Assembly (NCBI GenBank): GCA_030141605.1
Contig: JAQGDQ010000003.1
Coordinates: 2,418,001 to 2,482,000 of the forward strand
DNA: 64,000 nt
Source: Tubiluchus corallicola
Lineage: Eukaryota > Animalia > Priapulida
Reading direction: 5' to 3'
Positions 36,758 to 49,472 of the stretch are shown here, piece after piece; the stretch's first letter is position 1; every line of letters begins with the position of its first letter. Below the pieces are notes generated by a model. It did no database searches. It was not told where the DNA came from and was given only the letters and a program-made list of their open reading frames with translations. A program made the translations under genes and the position numbers.

Positions 36758-38520
36758 GTGAGTTATTTTTTGATACTTTAAACTTTACTTTATTTTACAC
36801 ATTTTGACGTTTTTGGAACAAGTATGCCGTTGAACATGCGCATTAGCACCATCCGGTTTTGTTACAATATGTTATATGGGTATATTGGACGCACATTGTT
36901 TATTCATGAATGGCACAAGATGAAATATCACCTGCGTCAGCTCTCTTTAGGACCTCCCTGCTAGTCTCTGCGCTCCTTAATAGCAAGTTAATTGCTGGAT
37001 TAATAACTGCGCACGCAACCACTTCACAATGCGTAGGATAGAATATATGCCTAGGTAGCTAAGGATAATTGCACAAACATTAGTCGATATTATCCTTTAT
37101 GGGTTATAGCCATGATAGGAACAGCTGAAGATTCTGAATGTGCTTTTATAGGAGTGCTGGCCTCTTTGCGACTTCATTTTTTATATAAGCATTGTCAATT
37201 ATTAATAGCAAAACAGTTCGGTGTCTTTTTACGTTAACTAATACATAATCTGCAAATACATAACCCTGGTAGTTTCGCCAATATAACTGCAGCTAAACAC
37301 AAATTCGTTGTTCATTAACTTTTACGGTATTAATTATATTTAGCGTATATACGCAAGACAGGTTAGTAACTGCCACTATTTAAAATACGTATTGTGGATC
37401 CTTTAAATTTTATTTATGAAAATGAACGTAAAATTTCCATCATTTTGGACCATCATAGTTTTAGCATCAGCTTGATGTAGCTTGCTCAGTAAGCTTAAGC
37501 ATGTTATAATGCTATAGATAAAATTGCTCAATTAGGACCGGGCAGTTATTAATGCAGAGGTGCACTGCCCGGAGAAAACAATAATTAATATATTGTGTAA
37601 AAGTCACACTGCAGTTCTTTTCAGTCGAGCAAAAGGTGCATGGCATTGTGTAAATACGATCTTCAAACAAATATTCTTAACGTTAAACGGAAAAGGCAAT
37701 TTAACAAGACTTATTGCCTAAGAAGCAGGCGTTAACTGGTATTTACAGAGAGTATTGAGAAATTGAACTTTTAAGGTTTCTCTTAATACTTAGAGTCTTA
37801 GAGGTGTCATATATGTCATAAAGACGCTTATTTTCCGCAGAAATGCGGACCAGAGCAGTTTTCCTCAGCTATAATTTTCTTGAGTTAAGAACCGCCTGGT
37901 TTGATTAGTACTGGGATTAGAGAATGCAAGCGATTCTGCTCTTGGAGTGAACAGAGTGCAAATGTTTACGAAGAACAGGCACTTTGCGTAGAACGAAATG
38001 AAAAGTACAAGTGATACATGTATAAATATATATGTATAAGTAGAAATCTTCCCACTTAAAGACAAACTAAAGTCTAATAAATGCAACTTTAACGCAAACT
38101 CTAAGTTTTTTACAATTCTCGTGAGTTTATTTAATTACAATAAACTTTAGAAGAAAAGCATAGCACATCTTGCGAGACTTCGTACTTGAAATGTAGTTTT
38201 CACTCACTGAGAGTGAAGCCAACCGCTCAGTCAAGAGGCAGGAAATTCATTGCTGTGGTAATTTCAATAACAGAATCGATGGCTGTTTTGTCACATGCTA
38301 AGCTAGACACAAGAAAGAACCAAGCACTGACCGAGGGTTTTGCTTTCTTGTTTTAATGGCTTTAGTTCTATTGATTTGTTCTTAACTAAATTTCGGATGT
38401 TTGTTTTGCTAGAAACTGTACGTTATATTTAATAAGCTGAAAATAAGAACTCGACTAAATAGAAGAAGAGTGCATATGTGTGTATACATGTAGGTAGGAA
38501 GGTGAGACAGACAAGCAGAA

Positions 38521-38859
38521 AGTCAGTCAGTCAGTCAGTTAATCAGTCAGTCAGTCAGTTAATCAGTCAGTCAGTCAGTTAATCAGTCAGTCAGTCAGTT
38601 AATCAGTCAGTCAGTCAGTCAGTCAGTCAGTCAGTCAGTCAGTCAGTCAGTCAGTCAGTCAGTCAGTCAGTCAGTCAGTCAGTCAGTCAGTCAGTCAGTC
38701 AGTCAGTCAGTCAGTCAACCAGTCAGTCAGGCAGTCAGTCAGTCAGTCAGACGTCAGTCAGTCAGTCAGTCAGTCAGGCAGGCAGGCAGGCAGGCAGGCA
38801 GATAGACAGACAAACAACAGGTGATGGACAAATAGATATTAAAATAGATAAGGAGCAAA

Positions 38860-38952
<93 letters not shown>
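38521..38952. repeat. Compound microsatellite: (CAGT)n with 20-bp higher-order units, then (CAGG)n, then (AG)n
   Basis: Directly visible; 'gttaatca' interruptions every 20 bp at about 38538-38605. Confidence 0.97.
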
Positions 38953-38957
<5 letters not shown>

Positions 38958-40127
38958 AATGGGGAGACTGGAGGAAGAAAGGCAGAGAGAAAAAAGTCAA
39001 ACAAAAGAGATGTGTAGAAAATGATAATTTCGGGTAATCTGCACGATACAAAACCGTCGCTATGCCAGCGCACTTCGATGAAATTGGTGAAATTGTTTAA
39101 CCTCTCGAAAAATTCCCAGAAGAACTCCTAACCTTGCGACAATGTTTGGTAATCTTTGAAATGCTGCTTTCATTTACGTTTGGAGTAAATAGATTCCCCC
39201 AAGGATAGAGCTAATAGGAATAGTAACAGTAAATGGTCCATTCTCATTAGCTCAAAGCTTTCTGTTGTGTAACAACCACAGATACCACACTGAGCTTGTA
39301 AGGCCACTATGTAAACGGTCTCAGCACCAAAAATGAATATATAATACTGTAATAAATAATTTGCACTTTAGCGCAAACAATTTTTCCAGGTGGTAATGCA
39401 CATAGCAAGCAAATAATCATCTAAATCTAGCAGGCACTCAAACTATGTAGCTATTTTTATGAATTGTGTTGTTTTTGGATTATTATCTAAAGCACTTGTA
39501 ACTGAAATGATTAATCGGGGCTATCAGATTCTTGCTTAAATAAGACCAGTTTTTTTATAGTTGTAGCAATATTTCATTGTGTATGAGTCGCAAAACATTT
39601 CACAGTCGTAACATCAACAACACCGTTTTAGTATTTGTAAAATGCAAAACTGACACATTATTAAAAACTAATGAATATCAGCCTTCCCAGGTATGCTGCA
39701 GAAATATTTACACATCACATCATAATATCTGACATAATACAGCAGACGGAATGCATAATGCATAGGCCATTCGACTAACCAGCATCACTTGCGTGCATGA
39801 TAAATTAGGACAGTCTAAAAAGGTTCACCAACCACAATAAGCATCTACCAGCTGTTCCATGGCTGTTGTCTAAGGTTACACAAACGTAGTTGCATTGCTT
39901 TCTTTGTCAATATGGTTATTAATATTTATACGCCTCAAAGTCTAATGCGATACGCTGCTACAAGACAAGCAGAAAGAGGGCGAACGAACTGTTACAGCCA
40001 GGTGCTTTTTTCTCAAAATCAAAAAAAATCTCAAAATCAAAAATACCTGCGATATAAAGTTTAGCTTTAGCGCAAATTGGAGGTGACCACATTCTCTGTT
40101 GATACTATTCACGTTGATAGTGATAAC

Positions 40128-40134
40128 GCTGCTG

Positions 40135-40185
<51 letters not shown>

Positions 40186-40210
40186 ATGATGAAGGTGATG
40201 ATGATGATTA
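40128..40210. repeat. Compound (GCT)n(GAT)n trinucleotide repeat
   Basis: Directly visible; it explains the poly-Ile/poly-Ser ORF at 39942-40463. Confidence 0.95.
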
Positions 40211-41940
40211 AGATAATGTGATGATAACGAAGGCTGTGATGACGCTGATGTTTCTTAAAGATAATAAATGCAAAAATCACAAATGTAAATTCATTCATAA
40301 ACGCACAAATATAATGATATAAAATGCATGTTAACCTTTTTAGTTTTTCTTTGGACAGTTTAAACTTGAAACACTCTTGATGCCTTGATTCATCTGAAGC
40401 TATAATGCCACATACGGTATCTACAAGACTCCAAAAATTGGGATGCGGATTCAATAAAAGCATTTTTTTAAATTATTCTCAGAACGAATATAACTAATTC
40501 TTCCTTAGAGCCAAGGAATCCTTTCAAGATTATTTTGATCTAATCTTTTTATTTGTACCGAGTTAGCATCTCAAGATGAAATAGCTCATCGAAGCTACCA
40601 TTGCTATGCAGGTCAGATTCAGCAGGATTTGCGACTCTCTCGGGAAAATAGCTTTTATCACTTAGCGGCAATAAGTTATAATCACAAGTACTCGTTCATT
40701 TATTTTGCACGTCGTCCTCAGTATAATTCCAACTTCAGTCAATAATTGTTTTTATTGCGAGACCGTGATGAAGCCACTGAACTCCCCAGGGCTTCGCCGC
40801 TCACGGCTTAACATTAGCTATTATTCCTGCAAAATTTTCTTTATTTACATTGACTAGCGCAGAGAATTTATAAATACGATTTATATTGAATTTGGCAATA
40901 TTTGCAGGCGGGAATCGCCTGCTAGCTTTGACACAGCTGCTACACCTTAGTTCGACGACATTAATACAAATATAAAGTAGATACATTTCGTGTTTGGATG
41001 TTGCCTCAGCTGGCTTCATGCTGGGGGAGGGAAGCCGCGCGTGTTTATATTAAGAGACAAAGTGTCCTCCAAACAAGCTCACTTTCACACTACATCAATA
41101 ATGTCACGCTGCAAATCCATGGCAATTAACTGTTGTTCTGCTGCTCGCCTTTTGACCTGAGCTGTATGTAGACAGTGCAACTCTTTGGCGCCGGATTCTG
41201 GTGGCTTTGCCAGTGATATTAAGAAGAGTTCCCAAATAGTAATACCTCAATCTTGGTCACTATACACAAGTTTTTGTCTGTTTTGATTAAGCTACCTTTA
41301 GTCATAAATTTGGAAACAACGAATTTAGGATATATTTATCTGTGAGGTCAATGACAAGTATATACCTACAAACAGATATTTGTGCCTAGAGAATCTAATA
41401 TCTAATTTTGTCTGATCAGATGAATGAATCTATGGATGATATTCTTATCAAAATGCATATATTTCGGCATCCATTAGGAGTTTCCTCTACTGTGTAATGT
41501 AGACAACAATAATTTTGTTTAGTATTTCATAGAAAAATGATGGAATAATTCAAAGGTAAATTGTACTTCTGGCAGCGTTTATACCCTATTCTGAATATGA
41601 TCAAGCGTCTGGCTCCACTAAAATTTTGTAATCTCATTTACTCATTAAGTTTGCAGTTAAATTACAGTAATAATGACCTTTCCCTATTCCAGCAAATGTT
41701 TCATGGAAGTTTTCCTATCAGTTAATGTTGTTGTTGTCAATCCCTGTAATCCCTGAGCTCCAGATAAGTGCTTCTTCTGCAAGGTCAAGCCCGGCCATAA
41801 CGCTTTCTGAAACCACTTATCTTAAACCCAACAACATACGGCCAGGAACAACATCGTCTGACTGGGGTGGAAAAAGATGTAAGTGTCAAAGATTAAGATG
41901 TAAATGTGACGCATTGTTATTTCCTGATCCAAATTCCATC

Positions 41941-42574
41941 GTTCTTTTAATATCGTTCGACCTTTATTGGAATACAGCACCCTGTGTGGAATCCTCATAA
42001 TGTTACTATGATTGATGAAGTCGAGCATGTACAAAGATATTTCACAAAACGGTTATATGCGAAATGTAGGTTAACTTATGTTAATTATCATAGTAGGCTT
42101 GACCATTTGAAACTACAGGCTCTTAAAACCAGACGCTATGAAAATGGTGTACAAAATTTGACATGGCCTTACATGTCAAAGTTTTAACGATTTTTTAATA
42201 CACGACTAGTCTCAGCTAAAGTGGCCATAGTTACAAATTCTGTAAAAAATACTGTCGTGTTGATGTTTTTAAATTCTCTTTCGTAAACAGGGTGATCGAT
42301 ATATGGAAAAGTCTACAGTCAGAGATTATTAATGCTAACAACTTATGTTCTTTTTCATATAAGCAATGTACATATGATTTTAATGTTTTTTGTGAATTTA
42401 ATGGAAATGACTAATTAATGTGGGCCACCGTAAGTGCATTCATGCCTGGCTTTCAAGGATTCAAGGCTTTCTACCTTCCTTAAACAATAGTTAATCATAT
42501 TTAATTGTAATGATCTTATTGTAAATGTACAATTGTATATTTGGATTGAATAAATCTAATCTAATATAATCTAA
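41941..42574 (+). mobile_element. 5'-truncated, degenerate CR1-type LINE (ORF2 C-terminus, 3'UTR and simple-repeat tail)
   Basis: Frameshifted translation IVRPLLEYS-VWNPH..IDEVEHVQRYFTKRL..Y.SRL..LKLQALKTRR..MVYKI*HGL..GHSYKF....RVDVFKFSFVNRVIDIWKSL matches the post-RT region of CR1-clade ORF2. Ends in aataaa followed by (aatct)-like repeats. Confidence 0.88.
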
Positions 42575-44231
42575 AAATTTTTATAGATCTACCGGATTTT
42601 TGAGATGAAGGGCTTAGGCAGCAACAGTGTCAGGGAATGGTTGCAAAACAACCAAAAAAAAAACAGTAATGACATTGACAAATATCTTTTGAATAAATGC
42701 CATTGTTAGAATCCTTTTTTAAACCAGCAACCCTTCAAAGGTTTTTAGGAAGTTCCAAACTCCCAAATGAGCCGTGGTTTCCTGCCATAAAACCACTGAA
42801 CCCATCAGATGATCAGTTTGATCACCAATTAAATTTCTCATTCCATCTGACACAAACCGAAAGGCGGCTCTACAAACAGCCCATGATTATGATTTTCTGC
42901 CAAACTCCTGAGAGTAGAAACCACGACAATGGATCGTTTTTATTCTGTATTGTATACATGCTGGCGGAGGGTAAACATGATATTTCAGTTACGATAACTG
43001 TTTATAATGGCACAGCGGGGTTGATATTAATCAATTCTCGTAGCGTAAGAGCATTGCACAATTCTTACCTCATTACGCACAATATAATACACAATAGCTG
43101 AGCAGACTACATTGGAAAGCCATTCGCTTGATTGGTTTACTATATAATACGGATTTACAATCGTACAAACTTGCGCAGCACTATGCACAGATGGCTCGTG
43201 TAATCCGAGTAAAATGTCATAAAAGTATGATATGTGCATAAAATTGGAATTCAACCCTCCTGGTAAATTATAACGAATGACTATAGCTGCGCTGTAAACA
43301 CGCCTGGGACAATGACCACGCAACATCCGATCGCTTCTAATTGATGGTTACAGCTGGTAATTTCATTTAATCTCATTGAAAATGCGTAATAAACGGAGTG
43401 CATTAGGAATTCACCAATATGGCTTATAAACGAATTCTGTCATTGATAATAACCGTGGTTTTAGTTCGCAAATATGATTAATGGAACTATAGCTAGCCTT
43501 GGAGGCTTGGAATAATAATCTGTTAGATTGATATAACAGTACCAACATCGTTCGAGTCTTTGGCGGTGCACAGATAGCAGTGACCAGAAAGTCTGCTTTC
43601 AATCTTTATAAATTCGGTATTACGTTAATGATAGCTCATTACATGTACCTTAAATCACAATGTAATACATGTACACCACATAGTTGTGATTATATGAAGG
43701 AACGGATTTTATTTAGCAGGTCACGTAACTCATGTGGCTCCCATGTAGTTCCACGCTCCACGCCAACACACGGCGGCTAGTCAGCGCTCCAAATAATGTT
43801 TACAGACAATTTGCGCGATCATTGCATTGACAAGACAGGATGAGCTAAATGTAAACAAAATGTATATCCCAAGATGAATTCCAGGTGTTCGGCAGGTGGG
43901 GTTTGGGATGCTGAAGTGCCCAAATCGAACTAATCTCCTGATTTAGCTTACAGATTTTAGTCAAGCGAATCCACAGCTTCTATTTCTTGTGCAGTAAATT
44001 CTTGCACTCGAGTGCATAATTAGCTTAATTGGCACAAGGAGGAAAAGATGTTTCCACGATCTATTCAATATCTATCTTGTTAGGTAGCTTACATGGAAAG
44101 GATTTTAGTATGTAGCGGAATGCTGACCATTCGTCTTGTGCAAGCTAATTTCGTTTCGAGCACTCGTAGAATGCATACAGGCTAGGGCAATTTCATTTTG
44201 GACGAAATTAGATCTGATCAGGAGCTCTTGA

Positions 44232-44282
44232 ATAGGAATCCGGGAAAACAGAAAAAATCCGGGACGAATTAAGGTAATCCTT
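44232..44282. mobile_element. Possible degenerate end of a hAT-Blackjack-like element
   Basis: Two aatccggga subterminal motifs followed by ggtaatcct, resembling the ...ggtcaccct/ggtaaccct terminus. No partner end identified. Confidence 0.3.
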
Positions 44283-47200
44283 ACAGTGGATATATGTCGG
44301 GGAAGTTAAGGAGCTAGAGGTAATCCTAACAGTTTGCGGGACTTACTGACAGCTACAAAAGATAAGTACTTTACCAGAGAGGCAACGTACAAAACCATAT
44401 CTCTGGTAACGGAATTGATTACAGGTTGTCCGAAAGATAGAATAATAACTAACAACCCATCAAACCGCTGAATATCGTGTCACAAGGAAAGTGGCACATT
44501 TGTTGCCAAACTACACTTACATTTTTATGATAATCTTACTAAAAGTACTCTAACGCAAAGTGGACGTCATAGCAAACAAAGTCGACAGTACTGCATCATT
44601 TCGCTGCATTTACTCAAGTACGATTATACATGTATTTTAATGCATGGCTGTGAGTCAGCAAATACCACGCAGATACAATCGGGTGTCATTTTAAAATTTC
44701 CGGCATGAAGACCTGTACAGTTCGGACTACAAGTAGAACCAAGTTCTGAATTTCTTGGATGGAAGTGATCCACGTGAGGCGTACGGATGTTGGTATATCA
44801 ATGTCGAATAAAAACGTTGTCGAAGAAAGGCACAATAGCGTTATTAATTCAGTTCGTCAATGCAATATACATCTCAGTGTTAGTATCAGCAATTGAACCC
44901 CTTTAATGAGCCATTTCAGCATAAAAGTTTTTTATTGGAATTTTCAGGGAAGAGACCGCAAGTAACCAGTTCTCCGTTATTTTTGAGAAAAAAAAGCAAA
45001 TGAATTTTTTTGCAAAACTAAGCTGCTGCTCTTTCAGCGTGCTTTATTCTCCGTGTACCAAGCACTCCTGCAAATGCCCTTCGGTCGTGAATCTACATTT
45101 TGCCAGCAGTACACTCACTGAGTTTGAGATGCCTTATTCAATTTGTGCACTTAAGGGTTAAATTAGTTGAGTTTCACTAATAAGCAGAAACTGTATTGAA
45201 CGAGCACGAAGAATATCATTCCATGGCTGACACCACATTCGATTAAGACATGTTGTTAGTGCCGCCTTTCTTCAACACTACGTATAGATTTGCCGCTGTT
45301 TTTTCTTTTTTGAAGAATTTTCATGATTCTTTTGCACCTTTTCGCTAATATTTACAGCACTTTTCTTGGTTATACATCTGAGACGATTTAAAAACTGGAA
45401 AGACCACCCATATTTATGGAGCCACTAAATCGTTACTAAATAATAATAAACATATACAAATTTTTGTGCCAAAATTTGACATAGCAGCAACAACGTTTTT
45501 TTTACTGTTATATTTTTATTATGGAACACATGTCATTGCGAAGCTGAGTTATGAATATATTACAGTAATGACTAAGGCTATAGAGCAGAAATTTGATTAT
45601 TACTCATAAACAATAATTAAAGTTGTTACATCCTCGCTAAAAATATTTTTCACCCGAGTCATTGACACGACATTTATGATGTCTCAGTTCGTTAATAACG
45701 CATATAACCGCCAAAATGAACGTTGAGACCAAAGACATTTGCGCACTGTATGGCAAGCTGCGCAGAAAGACCATTATATTTTAGCTCAAGATTATTATCA
45801 TTAACTATTAACAATTCATATTACTTTTACTGTAAAAGTTACATTTAAAAATTTGGTATGACATAAACATTATTGTACGCTAACTAATCAATATTAATTA
45901 TATTATCGTGACCTTTTGCTTTTTGAATGCAAAACAATTATAAGTTTGCTTATTGTATTTCTACACGAGGTGAAAGGCAATTTCTCATTTTTTCGTTTAC
46001 TTCGGTTGAAACAATGATTTCATTTTTTAAAATTGTTATTGCCTAAATCAAGGAGATTTCCCAGATAATCCGGAGAGCTGCTCATTCACAAGAATTCGCT
46101 CGTTCACCCGTTCTTGCATATGCAGACACCACAAAGGCGTATTAAACTCTTTCGATCCACAAAAGGAATTGTATTTTTATTGATATTCAGTTACAAATGA
46201 ACTAAATGGTAAAAAATGTCTTTTAGTATATGTTAGTAATATGATCTTGTACAGCTTTAGCGTGTGGCTCAGGTGCAGAGTATTGATGAAGCGCTCTGTA
46301 ATGACTTCCTTAAAGGGTAGCTTTGTGCAATTATCGAACTAGAATTTTTCCCAATCATGTGACCTTTTAAATTGATAATTTGCCACAGTAATGTTAAAAT
46401 GCGATATGTGTCTTACAGTGAAAATTGTCGTGTGATTGAGGAAAACATCTTGAAATCAACAAGGTATCTGTGAATGAAAACTGAAAAGGCGTTATTGTTT
46501 ATATGAGTTGAGATCAGGAATAACCAGCACTTATGTATAATTTTTTAAAATTCCTTTAGCAGCTAGATTCCTTCGTTGACCCATTATCATTCAACGATAA
46601 TGCCCACAGATCAAAATAGACAATACATGACGAAAGTTGTTAACTTAAGCCTATAATATCATATTAAATCTTATTCAGGAATTTTAAAATCGCCACCATT
46701 GTGTAACTGGATATACACTTCGAGTGCTTCAAATCTATTGATGCCTTATCTTGAAGAATCAAATGTAACAAGATGTTGACTCAAGGCATACTTGAAAGTC
46801 GAAATTTATTTAAACTTGTTTTTTGGTACAGAAGTCAGCCCAGGTGTAATAACTATTTGAAGGAAACGCCGGCCATGCAGAAATAAAAGATAATTCTGAC
46901 GCCTCCGCCTATGAAAAAAGTCTGTATGAGGAAGCGCAAAAGCTTTTAAATTTCAAAGTGACAAGTAATAAGTGGCGAGATATCACGCGTGATAATGAAT
47001 AAATGAGATTTTATTGAGCCTCTTTCATCTAAACGAAATCGTGTTTTATCTACAGAGAAATGCATTATTTTCCTTTTCACGCGGTTTTACATGTCATATC
47101 TTTTACTTTTACTTTTAAATTTTATCTAAAGATTTCAAGCGCAAAAGCCACTTCATCGCATTGACATGTCTGCACATTTTCTCTTACATCTTGCATTTCT

Positions 47201-47584
47201 CACATCGACCTGTATATTATTATTGTGCGTATTTAGCCACAGTTTCTACACGTAGGTCTATATGGCAGTAGTTAGATTACTTATTAACAAAAATAATTTT
47301 TACATGGCTGCAAATGTAACAACGGCTGTTTTAATTTTTTAAAACTCTTGTCCATACAGTACTACTAAGGTAACTAATATATTTTACCACATTTCCAAAA
47401 TTTTTTGAAACTTACCCACATTATCAGTTTTAATCATTATATACTATGCATCGCAAATTGTAACCTTCTTACAGGTTCCTTTATATGATTGTTGTGTTAT
47501 CGTGATGTTATGTTGAAACGCTACTAACAGTTGAAATAAACTATGTCAATGTTTTCTTAATTAAATTTCATTTCCCCATTGATA

Positions 47585-47830
47585 ACTCTTCTACGGTTTT
47601 TCTCATCCTTTCCTCCTTCTGTCTCTCTTTCTGTCTCTTCCATCTCTATTTTTGTCATTTTTGCCTCTTTTCTCTCCCTTCCTCTTCTTCTTTCTCTTCT
47701 ATCTTCCCCTTTTTACCTGCTCCACTGCAAGCCCGCTGCTCCTCATCCTTTTTTTCTCTCATTTCCTTTTCAATTTTTCCTTTAAACTGTCCTGTTTTCT
47801 TTTTCACTGTTTTTCTTTTTGTCTTTAAGC
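47585..47830. repeat. Polypyrimidine low-complexity tract
   Basis: C/T-dominated run, directly visible. Confidence 0.85.
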
Positions 47831-49315
47831 TTTTCTAAAAAAGATCCATTTGTGCTACAACAAATTACAACTGGAAAAACCTGCAAATTGGCGGTGTTCC
47901 TTCTGACTATTTTAGTACTTTAGCCCTACTACCATGTAAGCAACAAACCGTGCAGGCGATAATTCAAGTTCTACAACACTGACGGTTCAATCACTTCAAC
48001 TTACTAATTACAAATAATCGCCAGAACATTTCTGTCCATAGCCAAGCACATCCTGTATGGTTAAAACAGGGTAACAAAATCAGGTTAGTTCTTACTGGAC
48101 AAATTACTAGCGCACAGCCTAGTGACTGTTGTCTTTCAATGCGTGGGTGAAGATTTGAAGACAGGTCTATGTTAGACTTAGTCTGCCTGTCAACAATAAC
48201 TCATTGTTAAATTAAGACGTGTACACTCCGATCAACTGATTTTACAGATTGAAATGAAATACATTACACTATCTACTTTCCATGGAAACATTTTTTTAAA
48301 CAATTCTGCTTTTATTGCATAAACGTCCACCTTCACAGATAAAGGCGAACTAAATGTAGCACCACTCACACAAACGCTAACCATATCCGGTAATGCTTCA
48401 CTTTAGCAAACTTCGTTTTCAGGTCGCTACCCTGTATTACATCTACATGTAACTCCGTTTGACCTTTTTTCTGAAATGAAATGCTCGTTCACAGCTGCAA
48501 GAATTCCTCCCTCTTAATTCTCACTGATGAAAATTCTAGTCAAGTATAGGATAAGAGCGCTTGAACATTTTTATAGTACTTACTCCTACTCTACCTCCAC
48601 CCATGTGAGCAATGATGATTTGCACATATAAATAAAAAAAAGGTACACCCCACCTTAAAAATGTTTTAGAAGAGCGCTGCAGCTGATTCATACACATCAC
48701 CTCAACATTATATATATGACGGAATAAACCGGATATACGCAAACAGCCTAGAGGTAAAAACCTCCCCTTGTACCAGAATTAATAATTTCCACTCGATTCA
48801 TATGCACACTACTGTATGCATTAATATTTGCGAACCTCCACATGTATGAATTTAACATTGCAAAAGAACCACATTTTCGAGAATTTTCATTGGGAGATTC
48901 TTGTTTAATTGTTCAAAGTAGTTTTAATGTAGGGTGACCCTTAAAATGCCCATAGATTTTGATCACAACATTTTAAGAAGAAAATAACGAAATCGCTTGA
49001 AAATTACCACACCGGTAATGTAGTCGTTTATGTATATTCATCAAAAGTTTTATGTCATTCCTGCAGAAATGAGTGAAAATATGAATGCCCGAAAAAATTT
49101 CGTGTCTATATTGTTAAAATTTTCTGTAAGTGCTCTGTGTCCACCATTTTCAATGCAAATTAGACGAAGGCATTTCTGCCGACAACTGAGCTGACACAAT
49201 CTCTCACTTCTTTAAGGGGTATTTGTCCCAGCACACAATAATTTTTGCCTTTAGTTCCCTACGTCAAACGATTCTGCGCGACACTGGTCTTTCAGTTTGA
49301 AATACCCTAATCCAG

Positions 49316-49472
49316 AGGATTAAACCCATTTTTTTCTTACAATAAATCTTAATCAGTGTGACACATGGCAGCAAAACAATAAAGAAATCTATTAGTTTAC
49401 ATCATGATCTTCACAACAGAAAATAAACCCCTGACTAAGATTTGTTGTCAAGAAAAAAATGGGTTTAATCCT
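49316..49472. mobile_element. 157-bp MITE-like element with ~41-bp TIRs
   Basis: aggattaaacccatttttttcttacaataaatcttaatcag versus the reverse complement of the right arm, aggattaaacccatttttttcttgacaacaaatcttagtcag (1 indel, 2 substitutions). No clear TSD. Confidence 0.75.

Noticed and set aside
39942-40463. 173-aa ORF, the longest in the track
   Set aside because: Kept open by the (GCT)n(GAT)n repeat; no domain features.
44371-44409. 10-bp perfect inverted repeat ttaccagaga/tctctggtaa
   Set aside because: Too short to be significant in 64 kb and lacks a Helitron CTRR end or other context.
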